From: Armatimonadota bacterium
GTDB lineage: Bacteria > Armatimonadota > UBA5829 > DSUL01
Direction of reading: 5' to 3'
Length of the DNA stretch: 64,000 nucleotides
Assembly (NCBI GenBank): GCA_039811685.1
Contig: JBDHZC010000002.1
Location: forward strand, 160,001 to 224,000
The position numbers were made by a program, and so were the translations under genes. Position 1 is the first letter of the stretch. Each line of letters opens with the position of its first letter. Below the pieces are notes generated by a model. That model had not been told where the DNA came from and made no database searches. It was given only the letters and a program-made list of their open reading frames with translations. This document shows positions 1-9,906 of this stretch, piece after piece.

Positions 1-162
1 AGCGTCAGCCGTCCCACAGCGTCATGGACTGAGTTTGTCCAACCGCCACACTCACGCAGTGGCGCCGGGTCGCTGTCGCCGCATCCGCCAAACTTCCACC
101 GCCTCCGGTCAGCCCGGCCGTTATCGCCGGAGCCAGAGCAAAGCCCAGCCGCATTAGAACCT

Positions 163-3100
163 TTGGTACAGCTTTTGACTCAAACTCAAAGCAGGCAACT
201 GAAGCGCGCAGCCAGACCACCCTGGATCGTCATTCTCAGCACCGTGGTCTGCTTTCTCGTGCCTGCATGCGCAGAGGCGGCTGTCGGCATTTTCAACTGG
301 TATCCGGTGCAATCCAGCCGCTACGTGACTGTTAATTACAGGCTGAACGCCGATGCGCTACACGGGCAGATCCGCATCCGCCGCGCCTCGGATAATCTGG
401 TCATCCGCACTCTGCAACTGGCTCCTGAGGACCTGAGCCGCGGTCCGCATTCAGTCGTCTGGCTTGGGGACAGGGACACCGGCGGTTCCGCGCTAACCGG
501 CAGCTACTATGCGGAGATTTTCGTAGCAGCAGCTCCTGTTACAGAAGACCCGGCTCGCCCGTTTCTGAATCGTCACGACCTGGGCTACTTTCCCGGGGCT
601 CAGGCCCGCTACTCAGGCGTGGCGGTTGACACCAATCCGGCGAACAACAATCAAGTCAATCCAGAACTTTCTACGTATGGGCTCATCTACGCTGCCAATA
701 TCGCTGATGCGCGCATTGAGGCGTACTATCCTGATCAGTGGGCAGACGTTCTGGTCTCTGGCTCTTCAATTCAGCCGAAACTAGCTTTCGACTCAAAAAC
801 GACCGGTAATCAGCTTTCGCCCTGGGGCTTGAGCGTTGCGCCGGACGGCCGGATATTTTCAACAGCTCGTTCAGCCGGTCCCGGCCAGGGATTCTGGAAC
901 TACAGCCCCGACGGCCTCTCATGGCATGTCGGACCGCAGAACACCGTGTCACAGGACACATTGGCTGTCGCGAATCCGGGGGGCGGAGCATTTCAGTTCC
1001 GATCCAGCGGAAACAGGATAGAGCGCGTTCAGGTCGCCACAGACCACACCTACCTCGACAGTCTACCGGGAGACTGGTCAAAGGTGGCGGACACTGTCCT
1101 GAGTGGCGCGGCTACCACTATCTTCGGATTCACTGCGGCGGGTGCGGGTTCTCTTCCGTCGCCGATGTGGACGACTCAGCCGGGCGCCAATCCATCCCTG
1201 CGGCGCTACACTGCGAACGGGAGTCTCTATAGCTATGATCCGGCATGGACGCTCCAACCCGGTCCGCTAACGCCGGGAGCGACGGCTGTGGGAGTGGCTG
1301 CCAGCCCGCTGGACCCAGCTTTGCTTGCGGTGGGATGCGAACGCTCTTCCAACAACCTTCTTCTGGTGCGAACAGACACTCAAAGTGTTCAACGCGCGTT
1401 CAAACCGGCTTCGTCCCTTGTGCGATCTGTAACTTTCGATCCCGTCGGCAACGTCGCTATGATTTCGGACGGCAGCTCGCGCTCAGGCCCTCAGGCGCGG
1501 CTCAGTGTCTTCTTCCCGGAAGATTCTGGATCATCGGACACCCGCGCCACTATATCATTCCAACACACTTTCGGAAGCGTCGCTCCAAAGGCGCTGAACG
1601 CAACTGTCAGCAAATCAGAACTCAAAGAGAATGACCAGGACTCACTCGATCTGAGCGTAGAAGTCTATGACGGCGATGGGATTGTCGATCACGCTGGAGC
1701 TCGAGCCGATCTCTCGCCCCTCGGCTATTCTTCTTCAGCTGTTATGGTGGCAGATGTCATCGTGTCTCCAACAACACGGCGCTATACACTCACTGGCATC
1801 CGCGCGAAAAGCACAACGCGCGCGGGACTGGTTCCCATCGTGATAACACCGCTGGACAAGACTGGTCCGGGTGCGCCAACGACTGTGATGGTGCGGATTG
1901 CCGGAGGCAGCATATCAGGAACAGTGCGGCACAAAGACGCGGGATTCACTATTGGAGGCGCTTCAGTCGTACTTCTTGACACACTCTCGGGAAACCGCTA
2001 CACCGCCACGACATCCAGGGCCGAGGGCACGCAGGGTCAGTTTCAGGTGGAGGTGAATCCGGGCAGCTACGACGTCTATGCTGAAAAGGCTTATTATGCG
2101 CTGGGCGATTATCTGAGCTCCATCAGTGTGAAACAGGATCAGGTGCGCCCATCAGTCAATCCGACGCTTAAGGCGACGTCTGTTGAGCTGGCGAAGGACG
2201 CGCCAGATGGCTCGGAGATTTGTCTGGAAGGCGTGGTCTGCGCTCAACCCGCAGGGGTCGGCCCGGCAGGCGGAGCGATTCCGGGTTTCAGCAATGACGA
2301 CGGGCGCAGTGCGTCCAAATGGTACATCCGTGACTTCACTCACACTGGCCGCGTAGAAGGCATCACTGTGATGGACGATGCGTTTCTACAGGGCTCAGTT
2401 CGTCCCTACAAAGGCCGTCAGGTGGTGGTGCAAGGTATCAAGCAAGCTCAGACCGGCTATGAGCCTGCGCTGATCAAAGTGCTGCATTTTCTCGACAAAG
2501 GACCGGCTTCCGGCTCAGTGCGGGCTGAAGAGCGCTCTCTGAGCGAGCTGGTGCGAATCAGCGGCTATGACGAGGAAGGCGATTGGGGGAGGCTTGTCAG
2601 AATCAGCCAGGCCACAGTCGTGCCAGGAAGCCAGAGAGACTCCGGCGGCGCTTATCTCTCTTTTCGCGTGACTGACCCGTCCACTTCGACTCCCTGGCTG
2701 GTGCGGGTCTGGAAAAGCGTTGGCGCGACTCTATCAAGCCTTCCGATGGACTACTCGGTATTTCCGCTGGAGGCCGTCGTCTCGCGCCTGGGCTACTTCG
2801 GAGAGAATGTGCTGGAGCCCAACGCTCTGCGAAGCCTGAGCGTTCCTGCGGCTGTGGTCAACTCTGTTGGAGAAGCCAAACAGCTCCACGACGGGCTGGA
2901 AGTGGACATTGCAGGGGGACAGGTTGTCACATATGCGCCATCAACCAACAGCAGCTTCTTCTATGTGGAGTCCGCCGACATGGCGGCCGGTATAAGAGTG
3001 GAGATATCTGGCGCAACCGCAGCTTCTGCGCCAGCGCCGCGGCCGGGGGAGGCGCTGAGCCTGCGCGGTACACTTGCCACACTGTCAAGTGGTGAGCGCG

Positions 3101-3489
3101 CGCTTCAAAACGCCGTGTACGCAGTTAGCGGAACAGGCTCCGTCCCGCCACTGAAGATGACCAACCGAACTGTTGGCGGAAAAGGCTACACGGATGGCAA
3201 CGGGGTTCCCTCAAGCAGCCTCAGCAATCAGGGCATGCTTGTACAAACCTGGGGCAAAGTGACCAGGGTGGACACCTCTTCCGGCTATTTTCTGTTGGAT
3301 GATGGCTCGCATGTGGATGCGGCAGACAGTGCGCCAGGCGTAAAGGTGCGCTGGACGGGTCTTATGCCCTCTGTTGGAGATCCGGTCACGGTGACAGGAG
3401 TCGTCAGTGCCGAAATGATCCAGGGAAAAATGATCAGAGTGCTCCTGGCGCTGGATCAGCCCTCTGCCGTGGTGCAACTGCTGCCTTGA
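163..3489 (+). CDS. Large secreted/surface protein: FlgD-like Ig domain, beta-propeller-like region, carboxypeptidase-regulatory-like Ig domain, tandem OB-fold-like domains
   Basis: 1108-aa ORF. Signal-peptide-like segment (KRAARPPWIVILSTVVCFLVPACAEA), FlgD_Ig-like motif (VIRTL...GPHSVVWLGDRDTG...GSYY), GSISGTVR...PGSYDV motif, and a C-terminal ~200 aa alignable to that of 4281-7409. Start uncertain because the frame is open to the window edge. Confidence 0.8.
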   Translation: MVQLLTQTQSRQLKRAARPPWIVILSTVVCFLVPACAEAAVGIFNWYPVQSSRYVTVNYRLNADALHGQIRIRRASDNLVIRTLQLAPEDLSRGPHSVVWLGDRDTGGSALTGSYYAEIFVAAAPVTEDPARPFLNRHDLGYFPGAQARYSGVAVDTNPANNNQVNPELSTYGLIYAANIADARIEAYYPDQWADVLVSGSSIQPKLAFDSKTTGNQLSPWGLSVAPDGRIFSTARSAGPGQGFWNYSPDGLSWHVGPQNTVSQDTLAVANPGGGAFQFRSSGNRIERVQVATDHTYLDSLPGDWSKVADTVLSGAATTIFGFTAAGAGSLPSPMWTTQPGANPSLRRYTANGSLYSYDPAWTLQPGPLTPGATAVGVAASPLDPALLAVGCERSSNNLLLVRTDTQSVQRAFKPASSLVRSVTFDPVGNVAMISDGSSRSGPQARLSVFFPEDSGSSDTRATISFQHTFGSVAPKALNATVSKSELKENDQDSLDLSVEVYDGDGIVDHAGARADLSPLGYSSSAVMVADVIVSPTTRRYTLTGIRAKSTTRAGLVPIVITPLDKTGPGAPTTVMVRIAGGSISGTVRHKDAGFTIGGASVVLLDTLSGNRYTATTSRAEGTQGQFQVEVNPGSYDVYAEKAYYALGDYLSSISVKQDQVRPSVNPTLKATSVELAKDAPDGSEICLEGVVCAQPAGVGPAGGAIPGFSNDDGRSASKWYIRDFTHTGRVEGITVMDDAFLQGSVRPYKGRQVVVQGIKQAQTGYEPALIKVLHFLDKGPASGSVRAEERSLSELVRISGYDEEGDWGRLVRISQATVVPGSQRDSGGAYLSFRVTDPSTSTPWLVRVWKSVGATLSSLPMDYSVFPLEAVVSRLGYFGENVLEPNALRSLSVPAAVVNSVGEAKQLHDGLEVDIAGGQVVTYAPSTNSSFFYVESADMAAGIRVEISGATAASAPAPRPGEALSLRGTLATLSSGERALQNAVYAVSGTGSVPPLKMTNRTVGGKGYTDGNGVPSSSLSNQGMLVQTWGKVTRVDTSSGYFLLDDGSHVDAADSAPGVKVRWTGLMPSVGDPVTVTGVVSAEMIQGKMIRVLLALDQPSAVVQLLP

Positions 3490-3549
3490 GACACGCACAA
3501 CTCGACACACACTGGACGTCGAAATCGCGCATCTTTCACAAAAAGTCCG

Positions 3550-3578
3550 TTGACTCTACGCAGGGCAGACCGTATAAT
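3550..3578 (+). promoter_or_regulatory. Strong sigma70-type promoter
   Basis: TTGACT (3550-3555), 17 bp spacer, TATAAT (3573-3578), with an A-tract just upstream. Confidence 0.85.
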
Positions 3579-3580
3579 GT

Positions 3581-4280
3581 AATCGGTTGCACAGCTTTGG
3601 ACGGACACAGGCTCTGATCAATGCGCCGTTTCTGGGAAGATTCAATGGCGGTGGCGGTGGTAGAGCGAGACGGTGTTCATCCGGCGCTGTGCGCTGCAGT
3701 GTTGGAAAGACTGCGGCGCTTCCGGATATTCAGGCGTGCGCTATTCATGAGTCCCTGCGCTCAGCGGGCGGTCGTGAGTTGGCGTCAACTGGGCGAAAAT
3801 CCACGAAAATCTCGCTTTCTCCCCAGAGGTGTGGAATGACACCAGTAGATTACTCAGGGGATTTTGCAGGCGAATTGTGAAGCGGAACCGATTCCGCACC
3901 GAACAGAAGTGAGGTGCGGTAACGGGCGCGCCCATCCGGAAGCACGGGGTCGCCAGGCGAGAAGTTCTGAGGCTTGCAGGTCCAGAACAGGCGATTGGAA
4001 GACTCGCTCGGATAATAGCTATGTTTGCCGGGCAAAGGCTCTGCACTGAGTGATACGCGCTGTCTGCTGAAAAAGGCGGCGCATCTGGTGATTACGGGAA
4101 GTCAGAAACGGGTGACCGTGGCAGGCTCCTGATAGACCTTCAGCGAGGTCAGGGGGCGCATGCGCAGTCATCTGGCCAAACAGGTTCGTCACGGGAAGCG
4201 CGTCCGGATGTGCCTGGCAAATCAGAACACGTCCCGCGAGGTTCTGTTTCGCGAGACTCAGGTGAAGGAGGAGTTCAGTC
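3581..4280 (+). ncRNA. Large structured RNA (very long 5' leader or standalone ncRNA), class not recognised
   Basis: No convincing ORF. More than a dozen stems, many with G-U pairs that only work on the + strand, plus long-range pairings 3581-3588/3886-3893 and 3933-3940/4203-4210. Confidence 0.6.
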
Positions 4281-7200
4281 ATGAAACGAAAATGGTTGGC
4301 CGCAGCGGGAGCTGTCTTTGCAGCTGCGCTGGTGGCTACGCTGCCCGGGCTGTCCCCGGCCCAGGCGGACACCGTGATTGTGGAGAGCCGCCAGCCAGGT
4401 GGCGCCGCAACCGGTGATCCGCCGTACAAGGAGCTGTCCACAGGGTGGGCAAACTCCAGTGGCAAGAGTACGGCTCCGGGACTGAGCGGAACCGGCTGCC
4501 GATATACACCGGTGAATGCTACGCCGGACCCGAATCAGTCATTCAAAGTCACGCCAACTCTGGGAGTTGCGGGCGGCAAGTACCGCGTATCAGTTACGCA
4601 CACCAATCTGAATACGTCTCCGGACATCGTGATAGGCGTAGCAACGACTAACGGCTCCGGACTTCCGGCGACTACGGACGCTTTCCAGGCGCAGTATTCT
4701 AACGTCTGGCAGCAGGTCGGAGTGCTTCAGCTTGACGCGGGACAGACTACGCCAGTTGTCACCTTCAGCTACAGCTCTGGCACTTTTACTGACGTGAACG
4801 GGCGGTTTTATGCCGACGGTGTCAAGTTTGAATACATCCAGCCGTGTGAAGCGACTCCGGCGGTGACGGTGCCTGGTCCCCTGCGTCCTGGCGACACAAG
4901 CGTTACTGTGACCGGCGTTGCCAACAACGCGACATCAGTCAAAGTGTACTCTCTCTCTGGTGGGAGCCCACACCTCCTGGGCTCAGCAACCGTAAGCGGG
5001 CAGGACACTGTCAGCGTTCCGGTCAGCCCGGCCCTGACAGGCGGTCTTAAGATAGCCGCAACTCAGGTTGTCAGCGGAGTAGAGGGTTGCATTCCAGCCA
5101 TTGGCGTTGTTGTCGGTGATGTGATTGTTGAGAGCCGCCCAGGCGGACAGAACTACAGTAAATACGCTGATACGGGAACGTGGGGCAATAGCTCCGCCAA
5201 GAGCGCGGCGCCAGGGACGACGTCTGGAATTGGGTGCCGCTATGCCTATACAGTCGCCGCAGGCAATCCGGCTTTCACAGTCTCGCCGACTCTATCGGCA
5301 GGCAAGCAGTACGGCGTGGATATTACCACCACAAACGCTAACGGAAACACTTCGCCGGACATTGTCATCGCAGTCACGCAGACTAACTCAACCGGGCTTC
5401 CTGCAACTACAACCGCCTTCCAGCGGGCAAATGGAACTGGACAGTGGATTCGCGTCGGTGAGTTGACTGTTGATTCCAATCAGCAGAATGTGTCTGTAAC
5501 CTTCACCTATGCGTCAGGGACACTCGCAGCGACGGGTGGACGCCTTTACGCGGATGCCGTACGCTTTGTGGACCTGTCCGATCCGTGCTCCAGCGCTCAG
5601 GCGCCTCCTGTCATCCCGAGCGTAACGGGCGAGTTGGGCGCAGGGCAGACTACTGTCCTGGTACCGGGGGTCGCCGCAAACGCTACAAAAGTGACAGTCT
5701 ATGCGGATAGCGCGGAGATCGGATCACTCTCAAGCGGAGTTGCTGCAGGTGATAACACCGTAACAGTTGCGCCTCTGGTCAAGGGACAACAGATCACCGC
5801 CACTCAGACCGCAAACGGCATCGAAAGCTGCCGCGTCGCAGTTGGGGCGGTAGTCGGTGGCGGAGCCAACCCGAAGGTGCGCATCGTTGTGAACATCCGT
5901 GAGGACGACGCTCTTACCGGGCCGGTTGGAGCAACTGGAAGCAGCCCATCCGCTACGATCGCCTTTTTGGGCGCCACCGGAAGGGTCAACAACGGCTTCG
6001 GCAATGCGCCCATCGGCGGCAGAGTCATCACGCCAAGCGCCTGCTGGCAGACTGTGAGCTTCAACCGCGGGCCGGACCCGAACAACCCGATTGATCCGAT
6101 CTACGAGTGGTCGGGGCCAAACGACCAGAAGTTGACCGGAAACTACGGCATTCTGGACTCCATCGGCTTCGCGATTGAAGGTACGGACAACGGCCCTTAC
6201 AACATCTACATTGACAACCTGACGAACGGAACCACCCTGCTCCAGGACTGGGAGAGCGCAACTGTGGGGACAGAGGCTGTGCTCCTGAGCAAGCCGAGCT
6301 TCTCCGGAACCACCAGCGTTTTCCTGATGCCGCTGACAGGGCCCGTGAATCCGAACGACTCGGTCGTCAGTGACGACTACGCGGATATTGGCTCGCATTC
6401 CTTGAGGGTCAAGTGGCAGTTCAAGGATACGGCTCCGATTGACTGGTTGCGACTTCCGCTTGTGGGCACCGGTGGCGGAGCGACTGTCAATCCGATGGTG
6501 GACCTGAGCAAGCCGATCTCCTTCCGCCTGCTTCTCTTGCCTGTAGGTGTCACGCCGGGCGCCGGGCCTGCGATAACACAACACCCACAGGATAAGAGCG
6601 CCTCTGTCGGGGACAGCGTCACATTCACTGTCGCTGCCACGGGAAGCGGGACTCTGTCCTATCAGTGGCTGGAGAATGGCGCGCCGGTAGGGACTAACAG
6701 CGCTACTCTGACGCTGAGCAACGTGCAGGCGTCGGATAATGGAGCGAAGATCGTCGCAGTCGTGTGCGACAGCACAGGCTCGAAGGCGTCTAATGCCGCG
6801 ACACTGACGGTGAATGCAGCGACGCCAATGTCTATCGGCGACGCCCGCCAGAAGACGGACGGCTCCACAGTGACAATCACCGAAGGACAGGTCGTAACGC
6901 TAACCGGCGATGGATTCTTCTATATGCAGGATGCGCCCGGCAACGCAGGTATCCGCGTAGAGTCCTCAACAGCCGTAAACCAGAACGACACAGTCTCGAT
7001 CACTAACGCCACGATAGGAACGAACGCGAATGGCGAGCGCACCCTTAGCGGCGGCACAGTTACGGTGGGCGCTGCTGGTACGACTGTTGTGCGCAAGACA
7101 AACAACAAGAGCATTGGTGGCACGGGCTACGTCGATCAGTTCGGACTGACCAACCAGGGGCTTCTGATGAAGATATTCGGCAAGGTCACCAAGTGGGACT

Positions 7201-7409
7201 TCATGCCGGAGAACTACATCCTGGTGGACGACGGCTCAAACGTGAACGCCGAGGATACAGACCGGGGCATTAAAGTCATCTCTGACTACTTCCCGCAAGC
7301 CATCGGCGAATATGTCACGGCAGTCGGTGTCGTAGGCTCTGAAATCAAGAATGGCAAGAAGATCCGGGTCCTCCGGGCACTGCCTAACGGAGTCACGCTT
7401 CAGCAGTAA
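4281..7409 (+). CDS. Large secreted/surface protein with two (CBM/golvesin-like + Ig-like) repeats, an Ig domain and a C-terminal tandem OB-like domain
   Basis: 1042 aa. Strong RBS AAGGAGGAG, Sec signal peptide ending AQA, internal repeats ending YADGVKF / YADAVRF, Ig I-set-like motif PAITQHPQD...LSYQW. Confidence 0.88.
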   Translation: MKRKWLAAAGAVFAAALVATLPGLSPAQADTVIVESRQPGGAATGDPPYKELSTGWANSSGKSTAPGLSGTGCRYTPVNATPDPNQSFKVTPTLGVAGGKYRVSVTHTNLNTSPDIVIGVATTNGSGLPATTDAFQAQYSNVWQQVGVLQLDAGQTTPVVTFSYSSGTFTDVNGRFYADGVKFEYIQPCEATPAVTVPGPLRPGDTSVTVTGVANNATSVKVYSLSGGSPHLLGSATVSGQDTVSVPVSPALTGGLKIAATQVVSGVEGCIPAIGVVVGDVIVESRPGGQNYSKYADTGTWGNSSAKSAAPGTTSGIGCRYAYTVAAGNPAFTVSPTLSAGKQYGVDITTTNANGNTSPDIVIAVTQTNSTGLPATTTAFQRANGTGQWIRVGELTVDSNQQNVSVTFTYASGTLAATGGRLYADAVRFVDLSDPCSSAQAPPVIPSVTGELGAGQTTVLVPGVAANATKVTVYADSAEIGSLSSGVAAGDNTVTVAPLVKGQQITATQTANGIESCRVAVGAVVGGGANPKVRIVVNIREDDALTGPVGATGSSPSATIAFLGATGRVNNGFGNAPIGGRVITPSACWQTVSFNRGPDPNNPIDPIYEWSGPNDQKLTGNYGILDSIGFAIEGTDNGPYNIYIDNLTNGTTLLQDWESATVGTEAVLLSKPSFSGTTSVFLMPLTGPVNPNDSVVSDDYADIGSHSLRVKWQFKDTAPIDWLRLPLVGTGGGATVNPMVDLSKPISFRLLLLPVGVTPGAGPAITQHPQDKSASVGDSVTFTVAATGSGTLSYQWLENGAPVGTNSATLTLSNVQASDNGAKIVAVVCDSTGSKASNAATLTVNAATPMSIGDARQKTDGSTVTITEGQVVTLTGDGFFYMQDAPGNAGIRVESSTAVNQNDTVSITNATIGTNANGERTLSGGTVTVGAAGTTVVRKTNNKSIGGTGYVDQFGLTNQGLLMKIFGKVTKWDFMPENYILVDDGSNVNAEDTDRGIKVISDYFPQAIGEYVTAVGVVGSEIKNGKKIRVLRALPNGVTLQQ

Positions 7410-7444
7410 ACTGCTGATTCCGGACTTCTGGTGTGGAAGCTGAG

Positions 7445-7478
7445 GAGGCGGCCTGCGCTCTGCAGGCCGCCTCTTTTT
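7445..7478 (+). terminator. Intrinsic terminator
   Basis: 12-bp perfect stem GAGGCGGCCTGC/GCAGGCCGCCTC followed by TTTTT, between convergent genes. Confidence 0.9.
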
Positions 7479-7490
7479 CGTGGCGGACAA

Positions 7491-7937
7491 TCAGCGGAGT
7501 GCTCTGATGAAGCGTTGTGAGGCGCCTTCGTCCAGGCTCTTCATCTCCTCGGATGCTTCTTTGCGCAGATGCTCCTCACGCTGTTTGTCTCTATACTTCT
7601 CGAGCGCTTTGCGTGCCCTCATCGCCTCCATCGCTTCACGCATTTTGGCGTCAACTGCCTGCTGCGCGATGTGGACCGCATGCGCCTGGTCGGCGATTTC
7701 GTCGTCCAGAGCGCACAGAAAAGGATAAGAGGCGTACTCTGATGCGGGATTTTTTTCTGAAAGGCGGCGCAGCGCCGCCCGTTGAGTCAGCTCGCTCGCG
7801 CGCGATTTCAGCAACCGGAGCCGGGCTTCAGCACTGTCGCGCTCGCGCTGAAGCTCAGCCAAAGCGCTCAGCAGAATCTGCTCCTGAGACTGGCGCAGGT
7901 TCAATAGAGGCTGGAGACGGAAGGCAAAGCGCTTCAT
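7491..7937 (-). CDS. fliJ: Flagellar export protein FliJ
   Basis: [16 protein letters not shown]-terminus, EMKSLDE C-terminus, follows fliI. Confidence 0.9.
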   Translation of the reverse strand: MKRFAFRLQPLLNLRQSQEQILLSALAELQRERDSAEARLRLLKSRASELTQRAALRRLSEKNPASEYASYPFLCALDDEIADQAHAVHIAQQAVDAKMREAMEAMRARKALEKYRDKQREEHLRKEASEEMKSLDEGASQRFIRALR

Positions 7938-9265
7938 TCGGCGTCGCTGGACGACACCTGAGCAAGCTGCTGGACAGTCTCGTCAAAATCCGCGCGCGCG
8001 TGGATGTCTTGCCTGAGAATCGAGTTAATAGCGTCGCGCGTGGCGATCGCTTCATCCACTTCGGCATTAGCTCCGGCCACATAAGCGCCAATCGTGATGA
8101 GGTCTTCGTTGTCGCGGTACGCTGCCATCAGACGCCGCACGTGCCCCGCCGCGCGACGGTGCTCAGTTGAGGTAATCTCAGGCATGACACGGCTGACGCT
8201 TGCCAGCACATCGACCGCAGGATAGTGATTCTGATGGGCGAGATTGCGCGAAAGCACAATATGGCCGTCAAGAATCGAGCGCACCGAGTCCGCCACAGGC
8301 TCGTTCATATCGTCTCCGTCCACCAGCACAGTGTAGAGTCCGGTGATGGATCCCCTGGAGGAGGTCCCCGTGCGCTCCAACAGCTTTGGAAGCATGGCAA
8401 AGACGCTGGGAGTGTAGCCGCGCGTTGTGGGAGGCTCTCCGGCAGCCAGGCCGATCTCCCTCTGAGCCCAGGCGATGCGCGTCACAGAATCCAGCATCAA
8501 CAGGACCCGCTTTCCCTGATCGCGAAAGTACTCCGCAATCGTCGTCGCTACCTGAGCGCCCCGCAGACGCTGAATCGAGACCTGATCAGAGGTGGCTACC
8601 ACTACGACTGAACGCGCCAGTCCTTCCGGGCCCAGATCGCGCTCGATGAAGTCGCGAACTTCGCGGCCGCGCTCTCCAATCAATCCGATGACGTTGATGT
8701 CGGCTTCGGTGTTGCGGGCTATCATCCCCAGCAGCGTGCTTTTTCCTACTCCGCTCCCCGCAAAGATGCCTACGCGCTGACCCGTCCCACAAGTGATAAG
8801 CCCGTCAATGGCTCTTACGCCCAGCGCCAGTCTCTGCGTGATTCGCTCACGCTCCAGCGGGTGCGGCGGCTCTCGAAGCGTCGAGGCGAAGTGGTTCGTC
8901 TCCACGGGTGGTTTGCCGTCCATCGGCCTGCCCAGCCCGTCCAAAACCCGTCCTAGCAGATCGTCTGAAAGAGCTACCTGCAGAGGGCTCCCTGTCGCCG
9001 ACACCTCCGCGCCTTTGCCCAGGTCACCAATCTCTCCGAAGGGCATTAGCAGCACGCGGTCATCGTTGAAACCCACGACCTCCGCCAGCATCGGGGGGTC
9101 ATATCTATTGGGGTAGATTTCGCATATTTCACCCATCCGGGCTGCGGGTCCCGCCGACTCAACCAGCACACCAACAATGCGCGAGACCCGTCCGTTCAGA
9201 CGAATTGCGTTGACGCGCGATAGCGCTTGTGAGTACTTTTCGAGTTCGGGTGACTTCAGTGGCAC
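7934..9265 (-). CDS. fliI: Flagellar export ATPase FliI
   Basis: [12 protein letters not shown]alker [32 protein letters not shown] start at 9265 chosen to avoid overlap with fliH. Confidence 0.95.
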   Translation of the reverse strand: MPLKSPELEKYSQALSRVNAIRLNGRVSRIVGVLVESAGPAARMGEICEIYPNRYDPPMLAEVVGFNDDRVLLMPFGEIGDLGKGAEVSATGSPLQVALSDDLLGRVLDGLGRPMDGKPPVETNHFASTLREPPHPLERERITQRLALGVRAIDGLITCGTGQRVGIFAGSGVGKSTLLGMIARNTEADINVIGLIGERGREVRDFIERDLGPEGLARSVVVVATSDQVSIQRLRGAQVATTIAEYFRDQGKRVLLMLDSVTRIAWAQREIGLAAGEPPTTRGYTPSVFAMLPKLLERTGTSSRGSITGLYTVLVDGDDMNEPVADSVRSILDGHIVLSRNLAHQNHYPAVDVLASVSRVMPEITSTEHRRAAGHVRRLMAAYRDNEDLITIGAYVAGANAEVDEAIATRDAINSILRQDIHARADFDETVQQLAQVSSSDAE

Positions 9266-9287
9266 AGATCCAGGCCCTTTTCTGATC

Positions 9288-9902
9288 TCAAGCGGCTTCC
9301 TCAAGGCGCTTGTGAATCTCGTCTATCTGTGAGGACTGACGCCCGTCCAGAATACCGTCTGCTGACTCAACAATCACTCCGCCCTGCTCCACCCGGCGAT
9401 CCTCAATGATCTCCAGATCGCGCACACCGTCCAACCACTCCGCAATATCCTCACGCGCACCTCGCACCATTTCGATATCGGCGCGGTTGACTCGCAGGCG
9501 AACGTGCCCCCGGTCTCTCAGCTGCCGCAGCGCCAGACGCAATACCTGCAATACTGTCTCTGGAGCCTGCTGCACTTCGTGCGTCACAATTTTAGAAGCG
9601 ATCTCGAGAGACAGCTTCAACACTTCGGGCTCCAGCGCGTCACAGATTCGCTGATAGTCCTCTTCCAGCGCGTTGCGCTGTTCGTTAAGCTGCTCGAGGG
9701 CCAGCCGAAAACGCTCAGCGCCTTCACTGAGACCCTCCCGAAAGCCCTGCTGGCGGGCTTCGTCACGTAAGGTCTGCGCCTGCGCTCGCGCCTCTGAGAG
9801 AAGATGCTGCGCCTGTTCTTCCGCGCTGACTGTTTCGTCCGCTTCGCTTACGCGCAGAAGGCGGGCGGCGATTGAAGCGGAATCCACGATGTAGGTGTCC
9901 AC
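9288..9902 (-). CDS. fliH: Flagellar assembly protein FliH
   Basis: AxxxG(xxxG) repeats [27 protein letters not shown]; between fliG and fliI; start inferred. Confidence 0.88.
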   Translation of the reverse strand: MDTYIVDSASIAARLLRVSEADETVSAEEQAQHLLSEARAQAQTLRDEARQQGFREGLSEGAERFRLALEQLNEQRNALEEDYQRICDALEPEVLKLSLEIASKIVTHEVQQAPETVLQVLRLALRQLRDRGHVRLRVNRADIEMVRGAREDIAEWLDGVRDLEIIEDRRVEQGGVIVESADGILDGRQSSQIDEIHKRLEEAA

Positions 9903-9906
9903 CGGA

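Noticed and set aside
3581..4280. Assignment to RNase P, tmRNA, cobalamin/T-box/c-di-AMP riboswitch or group II intron
   Set aside because: Hallmarks not found by eye: no GAGGAAAGUCC, no tRNA-like ends or tag, no complete B12 box, no T-box bulge, no domain V. A covariance search is still needed.
3587..4465. Short ORFs across the 3.5-4.3 kb intergenic region (97, 72, 101, 61, 85, 148 aa)
   Set aside because: They overlap on both strands, lack RBSs and have Arg/Cys/Ser-rich shadow-ORF composition. RNA structure explains the region better.
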